Positions 48,301 to 57,536 of a stretch of 64,000 nucleotides of DNA are shown here, one piece after another (positions within the stretch are counted from its first letter, which is position 1; every line of letters starts with the position of its first letter). A model generated the notes under the pieces. That model was given only the letters and a program-made list of their open reading frames with translations, was not told the DNA's origin and searched no databases. The stretch is from Epithemia pelagica. Lineage: Eukaryota > Protista > Bacillariophyta. A program made the position numbers and the translations under genes. The DNA lies in the NCBI GenBank assembly GCA_946965045.2, contig OX337238.1:186001-250000 (forward strand), given 5' to 3'.

Positions 48301-49523
48301 TTTGGGCGTCAGGAGGCTTTTGGCCGTCGTTTTCGTGGGCCGGTATGGGTTTCTGGTGGTCGGGGTTGCCGCCGTCTCGTTGTTGTCGCCTTCATAGTTG
48401 TTGGTTCCTGTGTCATCCTCGTTGTGGTTGTTTGTCAGGGTCCTGTGTTCTCCGTGGTGGTTCGGTTCCGTGGTGGTGTCTGGGTGTTGTTTTTTCTGGG
48501 TTTTAAAGGTGTTTTCGTTTTCGTTTTTCTGGTTTTCGTTTTTCTGGTTTTCAATATTTTTGTGGTTGGTACTGTTGTTGTGGTCGGTCTCGGTGGTGGT
48601 TTCAGTTGCGTGGTGACGGTGGTGGACGGGGGTGATGGTGACGGTGGCCGTGGCTTGGTCGGTCAGAGCATGGTGGTTGTTGTTGTTTGCGGGCGGGGAG
48701 GCGCGGCCTTTGTTGGTTGGGCGACTGACACGAGCGGGCGTGATGGTATGGCTGGGACGGAGGGGGGGGGGGGGGGGGGGAAGTCTTCCCGGTTTGGGGA
48801 TCCAGGGGTGTTGGCCCTGGCTGCGACTTGGCGGCGTGGAGGCTGCTTGCTGTTGGTTGGCTTCGAATGGAGTTGCATGGTTTGGGTTGTTGGCTGTCGA
48901 TGGCTGGCGTCTCTGCTGGAGGCTTGGGGCAAGTTCTGGGTTTCCCGAGAAATTGTGAGGGGTTGCTGAGGGGATTGGACATTTGGCAAGTGCCTTGGGG
49001 AGTCTTTTGGTTTTCCTGTTGGGCGTAGGTTGTCTGCGTGGGTTGTTTGAGTCGCAATGGTTCTCGTCGGGATTGGCTGTTGGGTCTTTTTTGTCTCTGA
49101 CGGTGTGGGTTTTTGTTCGGTTGGTTCAAAGGCGACGTGTTGTGTCCTTTCGTTGGGCTTGATGACTGTTTGGTTGTTGTTGGCCAAAAATGGCGTGGGT
49201 TTTGTTCCCCCTTTGTTGGTTTGGGCCCGAGGCCGGTCTGCCCTTCCCCCGGGGTTGGGCGTGACGGTTGTGGTGGTGTGGTGTCGACCATGGTGGTGTT
49301 TTGCGTTGTCTCTGCTTCGCGGATTGCGGTTTCGGAGACCAGAGAGTGTTTGCATGACGGGTGGTGGAGTCGCCGTGCGTGTGGTGTGCCTTTTCGGGAC
49401 CAGCGGAGGTGCAGGCTTGGTGGTCAGCTGGTTTGATCGTGGGGATGCCAATGGGCAGGAGTGTGTGACCGATATGGCCCATGGCGGGTCCGCGCTTTCC
49501 GCCCAACCGGACGGGACCGTCAT
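36310..49523 (-). CDS. Retrotransposon ORF1 (~1050 aa, no recognised domain), interrupted by element 2
   Basis: ATG at 49523, with a one-base shift in the G19 run at 48762-48780, then open to 46431. After the insert is removed it reads ...AGPRTGHVVPHDDQGQDAL* with TGA at 36310-36312. Confidence 0.7.
36862..39484 (-). CDS. Multi-exon accessory gene of element 2 with a C-terminal Cys-rich finger
   Basis: ORFs 38546..39484, 38029..38556, 37352..38083 and 36862..37155 lie in series, with visible splice pairs (GAG|gtaag...ttcag|GGAGAAG). The last exon has CQRLCC...CCPN...CDFAYCAAC. There is an internal ~170-bp duplication (37520-37690 vs 37835-37995). Exon junctions are only partly resolved. Confidence 0.55.
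40041..43259 (+). CDS. CMC/CACTA-like (Plavaka-related) transposase, ~1070 aa
   Basis: N-terminal CPKC...C...C...CLPC...H finger. Motifs WRDDFDPNNTK..RNQVW, IDRPER...H...CW, MHMVFLG..K and MGPA..HWEGGFAGERKIQ. It lies between CACTG termini. It is very divergent from the element 1 transposase. Confidence 0.72.
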   Translation: MDRTFQCPKCCQSTPISLHPNGPTNYCNGLYHGRCQNECCSNAKIPFWVCLPCLNHQVAHTGGEKGYIPQWKALNRHAQSKFHRNAMQKWLDTTNIPGSHCPSHGNNTIFQGEDEEYEMGDTEEAQNGCFDPLNGRDSAPNQDTPLLSSLSEDTLRSMGFADGSKSPSFIWQNMRANGHGLKYLTSKAFGLQPDEVTWEEAQFSVLMSSLLIELSGNQRRLLANILLLAGNAPNPSLSIFKQTRLPTSVEDFDRFYLKGKNSFMQNLPIPVVRKTPDGLHSYVSLVDLVANEFGKAQEFDDLKISARIVLDDYDRVPNVAATPHGRKVLLELQESPSQDSQQDQCELHLWLREWRDDFDPNNTKSSRNQVWVNTFTLGSCDSNQNSGATTYFMGLGAKGDDHSSVEKALLDEMQKFNAAGHKLFHGGLKRIVHVKLGKLVTGIDRPERTSMFGVGDHNGTYSVCWGVATKVDELQKENKLPACSKCRRKRLNHLGIMKQGQDSNNNQGCISDCQNWNLFEPGFKFATPKNYPTIYDKSSGAPRPPNLRPIFSKEDTSDKRNHPTQHGNTRVIKQDGKRQRKDTSVDPQNYLTSVELSIPWLKQAVIFAHHNVRTTNPKQGRSSRSYWTKGNLSAYLRTCGCTNKLIDQVYLSAKNGDQVPIFPESWRDSSGMQRCHYAPMHMVFLGTMKTVLELIFAWMSRHESLATMGKQLNKYLTDIKLLRCSRFFAAQPLSTSSWGTGTWVSENYLFSARFLKFLLTLPCFSNHRMLRREGIQKELKVVRRFIDSLTVAISLLMLNQKTIANLQQVVEVYLDCLYDMENIEYVASQDDSSLDDTSSTNKKMNNIMKSNSLGLLAVTRFHNEMGPATLHWEGGFAGERKIQQVKPALSIKRATVDWTKLTLMRMYQHDALHYLQDLADLPTKSGRNRLMDGIIKVYSREDYGPDKLEIQRRPISCIIGKDGLSVHIVVWDRTTLQLRKVIFDDRQGTMVACMCWVAPVKLAPVSVIYDSMDDLLNSSDYREAGLLLPIMEEESREYKNQFFSIGSSWSQRLETGDYSIPQLQGRLYGDWL
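43260..44663 (-). CDS. Class-III PLP-dependent aminotransferase-fold protein (transposon cargo)
   Basis: The motifs NGSDANLYAI (cf. SGSEAN), GSYVAG (cf. xYHG), LFLELMLASNG (cf. EPxxG), IIVDEILTGGR (cf. DEVQTGxGR) and ITMGK (Schiff-base Lys) occur in the expected order. Confidence 0.78.
   Translation of the reverse strand: MSDDLANNWGKTFVLIDQSMYKRKYNTAFSEDDYQTGEALKHSIVDVTQGRFSFEKLTPNGSDANLYAITSLCQGNNSTVLVACGSYVAGDQGPLQSWTTTTFQINDGPSFVAHPESEDISKFSKQHTIPLPYHIPGTISPDTLAIYEDECLRVLHARCIYQTCICEPITTLFLELMLASNGSVLSDRALSIIAAISKRHGFYIIVDEILTGGRCQSMLLTITKPKQFTSRVAYITMGKWFQCGMVLCGSSYRSVLSEQRALMGVRGASTTIDVTEPYRYFKEVVLRLSQINSRRQKVLQKILPNNASGDDWGEGLVIFVPRRLQGIRQGTKNRLLPLLNNTPIDFIRTNSEPTWNKEIVNKKTMSDILNWTTCSPFIKQDDIEDDRQALYTVILFLIDAASIHDWKSSKFFHTEVINQPNFNMRRTTNVLCLLKTKGFLCKTQKLSTRVQAWALLPDNLRMPTNEN
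45030..45160. promoter_or_regulatory. Two copies of a spaced palindrome CCATAGAGTA-N7-TACTCTATGG, 104 bp apart
   Basis: The copy at 45134-45160 is perfect and the copy at 45030-45056 has 8/10 arm pairing. Both sit in a ~50-bp direct repeat in the divergent intergenic region. The regulatory role is inferred. Confidence 0.4.
45349..46002 (+). CDS. Hypothetical protein (~217 aa) inside element 2
   Basis: ATG-initiated open frame with globular composition; no recognised motif. Confidence 0.55.
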   Translation: MSVDINMKKTSNKSWNIDYFSRMAEIPEKIPTKIVYFLALSETDRKKGFEFLLATMVTALGDSRKKSDFKELKKEEDRVYGLPTFVSSMSGGVNKCGDGMLLVQRQFYNVGFNPKAESQIQLGSDFRVRSAFLIVVGNKVVGKFQMLHREIFHIEEDGCMTIKYCDKCDPEDYPREIFKMLNVNVENAFVATTLYGVDENGRPANDTLAICTTDNKM

Positions 49524-49752
49524 TTTGCGGGTTTGCTTGCTGGTTTTCCGACGCCTTGGGTTCGGTTTCCGTTCTAACAGGCGTCTTGGTGTACTTCACT
49601 TGATGGTTTTCTCGACAAGGACTTTTTGGTTGCTTCGTTTGTTTACAAACGCTCGGTCTGTTAGCAAGAATTTGTGTCGTGTCGCTTTTGGGTCACTCCT
49701 GATACTCTTTCTGTCGTTCTTTGGTCTCACTTTTGGTTGGGGGATTCTGGAC

Positions 49753-52700
49753 CAAGGATGCTACTGTGACGACGTCACGATTGACGCACGTCACGTGACG
49801 AGACGTAAAATTGACGACGTCACGTCCGGCCATCAGGCGGTGACAAATGACGGGAATGAAAAAATGTGACGGGAAACAAAAAATCTTTTTTGGATCTTGT
49901 CGTCAAACAGAAATGGCGAGAAACGCACAAAAATGGCATAAAAACATGATCCAAGGAATACACAACAATCAACCATTGATGATCATGAATGATCATTCCC
50001 TCAGAAGCCAAGAATAAGAGAGCAGGAAGGAGACCACGACCAAGATGCCTTCAGATTCGGACGATGACGACGAGCCCTACGAGTACGTGCCGGAATCAGG
50101 AGGAGGAGATGACGACGACAACGACAACAACAATGAAGCTACGGGGGAAGAAGAAGCGACAGAGACAACAACAGAGCAGAATCCTAACAACGGGAAAAGG
50201 AAGGGGGGTTCAAGAGGAGGCAAAAGCCGAGCCCACAAGGCCAACGAAGAAATTTACAAAAACTTCGTAGAAGTTGGGCGACGAAGTGGCGGCAACTTGT
50301 ACGTAGTCTGCTGCCATTGCAAGTTGCACTACGAAAGAGAACTTGAAAAGTTCAAGAGCCATCAATCCATTGGTATGCCACCAAAACCAAAAGAGATGCG
50401 CAAGCGCCCCGATAAGTGCAAACAGCACCTCAACAAGTGTCGAGCCTTTCAAAACCACATCAAGGCATCGCGAAGTACAGAAGTGCAAGCACAACCACAG
50501 CCACCTATTGATACTATTGCAAGGAGAAGTGTACAGGGAGGTTCCATTAGTAGCTACCTCACTACAAGTCCAGCAGAAGCAGAGGCCACATCGAATCTCA
50601 AGCGACCACCACCCCACCCATCTTCTTCATCGTTGTCACTGGGCATGAAAAAGCCTGCTCTCAGGAGCAGGATGGAAGAATACTTCAATGCTTCTCCGCC
50701 TCTTTCAGAAGCCGAGCAGAAAGAACTCAACAAGTTGGTCCTGGAACTTGTTATCGACTTGTCAACTGGCTTTTCCGTAGTTAAACGACCGTCTTTCCAT
50801 CGTCTTCTTGATTTTCTTCGTCCACAGTCATCACGAGCTCTGAAAGGGCGATGGTGGCTGTCGGAAAAGATATTAAATGATCGATACAACAAGGCCTTGG
50901 AGAATCGCAACAAGTCCATCCTTGAAGCCTCTATGCAAGGCCACCACTTCGGCATCGTGGTCGATGGCTGGGAAATGATAAACAAGGTACACATACAAGG
51001 TGTAATGGTCAAGGCAGGACCAAAGTCATTCTTGCTATCAACCTACAAAGAAGGCGACACTCACCATGCATTGGCAATCGCTAAGGTATGGGAGGAAGAT
51101 ATCCTGCGAACGGATACTCTACGACCTTATGCCCACAAGGTGAAATACTTTGTGTCCGACAACGCAGGACAGTGTGCCAGAGCGCGCCGCATCCTATCTT
51201 TGCGCCACCCATATATTCTCTTCCACAAATGCTAGGCTCACCAAGTGAATCTGATGGTGCGCCATCTTGTTCAGACTCCTCAATTCAAGGATGTGGCGAA
51301 CAAGGCCATAACCGCAGCAGCAAAGGTTTCTAAGTCGTCGTCCAAATGGTTGGTGCGGCTCCAACAAATCTGTCGTCGAACATATGGAAGCAAAGTCGCA
51401 ACAACCATCATGACAGTTGGCGACACCCGTTGGAACACCATTCAGGGGTGTTTTGCATCACAGCTTCGCATTCGCAAGGCTTGCAAACTCTTCGTGGCAG
51501 AGTATGGAGATGATGATGAATTCCCCAATGCTTGCAAGGCATGGGAAACAACAGATTTCTTCCACTCTCTTGAGGAAGCAGAGTACCTCGTGCGCCCATT
51601 TTGTGATGCATCATTCCTGATGCAACGTGAATGCAACACCCTTGCCGACGTTTTCCTGATGCTTCTAAACTTGTATTTGCATGTACTTGACTTTGTTGGA
51701 AGTGAGGATCAAATTGGGCATCTTACCCTGGATTTGGGAGAACGATGGGCGCAATGTGAACAGCCACTTTATGTTCTTGCCTTTGCGCTTCACCCAGCTT
51801 ACAAGGAGTATGCCGTTCACGTCATTGCGTTCAACGAGTATTCCAGGGGCTCATGGCCTGCAAACCGAATAGCAGTGCTGTCGAGTATGCGATTGGCGTG
51901 GGCAGCAGGTTTCTATTGGGAGAAGCACGAGCTCAGCGCATACAGTGGTAAGAGTGACCCGACCAGTGTTCGCAAGCTGCGCATCGAACGAAACAACCTG
52001 GTCATTGCAGTGCACAGGTACCTCACGAACCACCCTTTGCGTATTAAATTTACTCTACCATATGATCCGGAGATGTTCCCGAGCATTGTGGACTGGTATC
52101 TTGAGAACAGAGCCTGTGGCGAAGCTTTCTGCAGGTTTGCCGCATGGATCTTGGGCGCTCCCGTTCAGAGTGCTTCATGTGAGCGTCTTTTCAAAGACTT
52201 TGCTCTTTTCAATACCAAGTCCAGAAATCGACTTTTACAGGCTAAAATGGAGAAGTCGACGCTGATAAAGCACGACATGCAAGTTGTGTATGGCAGTGAT
52301 GACACAGATACTACTGGCCATGGAGGTGGAAAGAAGAAAAAGCGATTCAAAACAACTAACCAACATCGTAATCGCATTGTATCCGCGACGGAGTACCCAA
52401 AGACAACAGAGGAGAGTACTGGAGAGGCTGCTGGGAATCGTGACGAAACAGCAGGCGCAGCAAACAACAATGAAGAAGAGGATGTCCAGGAAATAACAAA
52501 TGAACAGCTACGCAGTGAGCAGCGTGTAGAGAGAAGCACAGGCGGCCAGCATAATGATGAAGAAGAATATGACAGCAACGACGAGTTTCTGGCCATCAAC
52601 ATGGCAAGAACGTCGCAACAACAAGACACTAGAACTGGAACTGGAACTACAACAGAAACTACAGAGACAGTGACAGATATGGATGACAACAATAATGCCA

Positions 52701-53425
52701 GTGGGAATGCCAATACAAGCGATACACAATTGGGACCAGAGATGCAACAATTGTTAGATGCAATCCAGTCGTCGTTTCCTGATGATGAATCCCTGTACGA
52801 TGAGGATCCTAATGACGGTACGGGCTATGAAAATGAAATGCATGATCCCATCGACATAGAAGAATTGGATGGTGACAGTGATGCTGGAAGCGTTGTTGAT
52901 TTTGTTGCAATGGCCCGTGAGAACGCAGCTCGTCTACGAACGGAACATTCTCCGACTCGGGCTGGTCGTGCTGCGCAACGGGCAGCTGCAGCTGCAACAG
53001 AACAACTACAGCCTGGATACGACGAAGACCCACCAGAGACACGCTCAGATACATTGGAGCCTTTGCCCAGTGAAAATCTTAAGAACTTTGCTCAGGAGGA
53101 CAAGCGATACTTTAGTCGGAAAGACTATGTGAGGCGGGATAAGTATTTGCTTGCAGAATTTATCCTCGGGAGAGACGGAATGAAGCTTCCGTCCATTATG
53201 GGAGCATTCAAACACCATTAGCAGACACCAGAGACCATTCTATATTATATTTATGCACCAAGTTAGTCAATACATGTTATTTCCATCATACATCCATGTT
53301 GTCTTAATCAATTTCCCAAAGGTGACGGGAGTGACGGGAAAAACCAGACGGGAACATATTCCCGTCACTATTTGACGGCGACACGTCACGGTTGTGGCCC
53401 GTGACGTGACGTAGTAGCAACCTTG
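49753..53425 (+). mobile_element. hAT DNA transposon (3,673 bp)
   Basis: TIRs CAAGGATGCTACT and AGTAGCAACCTTG. Flanking direct repeat TCTGGAC at 49746-52 and 53426-32. TGACG/CGTCA subterminal motifs at both ends. It encodes a hAT transposase. Confidence 0.9.
50045..53221 (+). pseudogene. hAT transposase with one in-frame TAG
   Basis: BED-like CCHC...HLNKC finger. Motifs IVVDGW, FVSDNAG, HKC*AHQVNL (TAG at 51233-35), TRWN and SASCERLF. The two ORFs are in the same frame. The C-terminal tail is long and acidic. Confidence 0.88.
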
Positions 53426-53552
53426 TCTGGACCTCACGTTCATCTCACTTTTCTATTGTGTGCTTTTTTATCACGATGGCGACGATGTATCTATCAATTG
53501 GTTGATGATTTGACCTATGATTGATGGTGTTTTCTCGTTGTGTTTGTTGCCA

Positions 53553-53583
53553 TGACTGACTGACTGACTGACTGACTGACTGA
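53553..53583. repeat. (TGAC)n microsatellite in the host intron
   Basis: About 7-8 perfect TGAC units. Confidence 0.9.
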
Positions 53584-56500
53584 TGCGGCTTCTTTTTTCA
53601 CAATGACTTCTTCTACCACTATTACTACTAGAAATCATGCTGGGTGCCATGACCTTGAACCTGGGAAGCAATGCCGATTTTATTTTGGGAGAAAAGGCGC
53701 ATATTGAGTACCATGCCGCCTTGCATGGGAACAAGACCACGAACAATCGCACAACGGCGGTTCAGGCCCATGGGAATTTGTTCATCCCTGTTTTTTCACA
53801 TCCAACGACCCCCAACACGGACAAGTCTCAACCAGCCCCCGAAATTTCCGGTTTGATTAGTGGTATTTTTGGATACGATGCCTTATTGGTGGATATTTTA
53901 CCCAATGGAATTCGAGGTGTTCGGGTTGTTATTGTCAATAATTGCAACCATTCTTTTACGTACGAATTGGATGGCAACGAGGTACGTTTGCGTGGCCACG
54001 ATAACGGATGATTGCGAATAGATCTCGAGACTCACACTGCTTCCACTTCATTTGGTTCGTTTTCTTGACTTTGCTTCACAGGCTACCTTGTTAGGAGAAG
54101 CTGTCTTGTCCGACAAGAACTATTCGCAGTACACGAAAGAAGTCGATTTCAATGAATTCTTGTACGAGAATCCTCAAGTCATGGCTGAAACACCCTTTCA
54201 TTGCTCGGCCAAGCTACTGGTTTCACCGACACCATTGTATATGGAAGACAACGAGTCCCATTTACCTTTTATTCTAGCCATTGTTGTGGGTGTCATTTTT
54301 GGTATCATGGGATTGCTCTTTGTTGTCTATGATGTCCACGCTCAAAAACGCAATCACAAAATGGTCCATACCGCCGCTAGGACTGGTGCCATTGTCTCAT
54401 CCTTGTTTCCCTCTACCTTTCGAGATCGCCTTGATCATGCCTTGCTCGATCATCGTCGTAACAGCAATAATACGAATGCGCAAGGCAACAAGAACAAGGC
54501 AATGACACTGACCAATACGACAAGCACAGCAACGGACCAGGGAAGCAGTGGCGACAAAGGTCAATGGTGGCAGGAGCAGTGGCTTCTCCTTGAAACAAAC
54601 CAAGACGCATCTCAAGACGTATTTGTCGTCCTCATCGCATCACCAGAACAACAAGAAGAACTGGCAGAAGGATGACGATTATGATACTGAGATGATTTTG
54701 ACCACACAACCCATTGCCGATTTGTTTCCCGACACCACCATTATGTTTGCTGATATATGTGGCTTTACGGCATGGAGTTCGGTACGAGAACCTTCTCAAG
54801 TATTCACACTGCTCGAAACGGTCTATCGTGCCTTTGATGTGTACGTATTCTATTTCATCACTAGATTGAGAGTGGTTTGAAGCGAGAATGATGACGAGAT
54901 GTGCCTATTCGTGATCTCACTGATGCTGTGGTTGCTTTGTTCTCATGTTGTGGCTTATCAAATCCAGTATTGCCAAGCGTCGTGGTGTCTTCAAGGTGGA
55001 AACGGTGGGTGATTGTTATGTCGCCGTGTGTGGTCTCCCCGATCCACGACGCGATCATGCCATGGCCATGGCACGATTTGCTCGCGATTGTTCCAATCGA
55101 ATGAATGAGTTGACCCGCAAATTAGAACTTGTCTTGGGACCCGGCACCGGCGATTTGGCCATTCGTGTGGGACTACACAGTGGTCCTGGTACGTTTTGTG
55201 CGTGTTGAGTTTGTTCTCTTGTCGTGAAAGCTTTATTCATCATTTGGATGTTTCTTGGTACACAGTTACGGCAGGCGTCCTTCGAGGTGAACGATCTCGC
55301 TTTCAGCTGTTTGGTGACACCATGAACACGGCCTCTCGCATGGAAACGACGGGAGAACGAAATCGCATTCAAGTTTCAGAAGAGACGGCAAAGTTATTGA
55401 CAACGGCTGGCAAAGAACATTGGTTGATTCCTCGTGAACAGACTGTGGAAGCCAAGGGGAAGGGAACATTGACCACCTATTGGCTAAAGAGATCCAACCT
55501 GCAGTCTGGAGACCGGTATTCCGATTCTGGTGGTAATTCGTCCTCCAATGACGACTACGCAACTGCCTTGCCATCCTCGTCCGTCGAACCAGACGCAGCA
55601 CTCAAACAAGAACGGCTGGTGAAATGGTTTGTAGAACTTTTGTCGTCCTTGCTGGAACAAATTGTGCAACGACGTCAAGTGTTGGGAGCTAAACCCCGAA
55701 CTTGCGATGGACCATTTACGCCTCCGAGGCCGAATTGACACGATTCCGTCATTTGGTGGTGAATTCCGTCATGGCCACGGATATTTTGGATCCACGACTC
55801 AAGGAGCATCGCAATGCGCGTTGGGACAAGGCGTTTCAGGACCAAGACGAAAGAACCGCAAAGAAGGAGACCGAAGAAGAACGCAATGTCCTGTTGAATC
55901 GAAAGGCTACGATTGTAATTGAACATTTAATGCAGGCCTCCGATGTGGCCTACACCATGCAGCATTGGCATGTGTACCGAAAATGGAACGAATGTTTCTT
56001 TGAGGAATGTTATCAAGCATTTCGACAAGGCCGTGCGACAACGAATCCGGCCGATTACTGGTATCAGGAGGAGCTCAGTTTTTTCGATAGCTACATTATT
56101 CCCCTGGTCGAGAAACTCAAAGAATGTGGCGTGTTTGGTGTCTCGAGTGACGAATATTTGGGATATGCGCTCCAAAATCGAGCTCAATGGGAACGACTTG
56201 GACCACAGCTTGTTGCTGTAATGCAGGAACGCATGGCAAATAATGTGCAGGAGCAACATCGCATTGGCTTTCCTCTGGGCCGGATCCCTCAGACGGACGA
56301 AGGTGCAACGCACTCGGGCGGCGAGGTTCATCATGCCGAAGCCACTGCCATGGCAACAAAGAACAGAACAATCGACTAGAAAAGAGGTGGAAGTTGAAGA
56401 ACTATTTGTCCAATGTATAGCTTATAAGATGATCGTCTAAAACAAAATAATTTCTAACCAAACTACCACAGTCCCTGTGTCAGGGGTGGAAAACAGCCGC

Positions 56501-56941
56501 ATCGCGAAGCGCGCTGGACGAGATCAGGTCGGGGGTATAGTGGCAGAAAACTGATCGCGCGTTCTCAAATTTGCGCTATACCAGGTATAGCGCTGCTCTG
56601 TTATGTCTCCGATTGGTGATATGTCTAGATCTGCGAGATCGGTGCTTCTTGTTTGGAGTCAAAATTGTTCATCTATTAAGGATTAGGAACAAGTATACAT
56701 AGGAGAGAGTATATGGAGAAAGAATTCTATGCGGTAAAATGCAGGTAGGGTAGTTTTCTCTTTTCGTTGGGCATAACCCGCAACGCAAGAGATGGGTTCC
56801 AAGCAAGCGTTGATACTCCACTCGCGATATAGCGTTGATGTGTGAGAGATTTGCGTGAGTACAACCTGGCTTAATGGTTGCTGGATTGTCACTCTGGCAC
56901 ACTCATACAAGGAAACATTCACATGACAGTTCGTTTGCTTT

Positions 56942-57503
56942 CTATTCATGAGATGCCTCTCCGGCACCTTGTTCCGGAACGGGTGAGGCAAGATGTTTGG
57001 GTGGACTTGATGTGGTTGTGGCCACCGAGTCATGAGGACTGACCGAAACGGCATCACTGGCATTCATGTCCTTGTCTTCCCCATGTTGGAGTGTTCCACC
57101 TCCCTGTTTCTTTTTCTTTTTCAACAGATTCATGGAGTCCGACGGGAATGCCGTACTAGTATTCGAGGAGGAGGAGGACGTTGACGTGGTGGCGGTGGCG
57201 GTCTTCCGACTGGTGGGTTCTTCACGGTCCATACTGGTGGAATCAGCCGGTGCTGCTGTTGTCGTCGTTGTCGTGAGGGGTGGTGGTGGCGGTGGTGATT
57301 TGGGTCGGGAAACCTTGGGAGTGCGGGGTGCCACGTCTTGTTTGACTTTGGAGGAGGAGGATGACTTCTTTTTGTGGTGGTGATGAGGATGATGACTATT
57401 GATACTACTTCCGTTGTTGCTCTTTCGTCGTGATTTGCCACCATGAGAGTGGATTTTGGTCTTGCGTCGATGCGATCGATGGTGTTGCGTACTGCTATCA
57501 TCG

Positions 57504-57536
<33 letters not shown>

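Larger units (their letters stand above)
32396..49752 (-). mobile_element. CRE-clade-like two-ORF non-LTR retrotransposon (~7.3 kb once the nested element is removed)
   Basis: The 3' end has a short A-tract (T8 at 32396-32403 on +) just after the host splice donor. RT-RLE ORF2 and ORF1 rejoin when 36356-46430 plus one CG are removed. The 5' boundary is approximate and no TSD was found. Confidence 0.8.
31399..56379 (+). pseudogene. Second GC/PDE paralogue, split by a 21-kb transposon nest and carrying frameshifts and a deletion
   Basis: Exons ~31399-31689 and 31861-32383 (donor GT at 32384) continue at 53632 (acceptor AG 53630-31). The intron position and phase match the 5076/5260 intron of gene 1. 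The cyclase motifs are intact. Frameshifts lie near 31460 and ~54510-54560. An out-of-frame jump at ~55690 removes the HNFEH/HD half of the PDE domain. Confidence 0.85.

Noticed and set aside
51233-51235. Programmed amber readthrough in the hAT transposase
   Set aside because: No recoding signal is evident; a single nonsense mutation or error is simpler.
32384-53470. Target-site duplication for the retrotransposon
   Set aside because: No convincing repeat of the 32384-32395 flank was found near the 5' end, so the boundary is left approximate.
56573-56593. Perfect 10-bp palindrome GCGCTATACC-A-GGTATAGCGC and a nearby CAGGGG
   Set aside because: It is isolated. I found no matching terminus or TSD and cannot assign a function.
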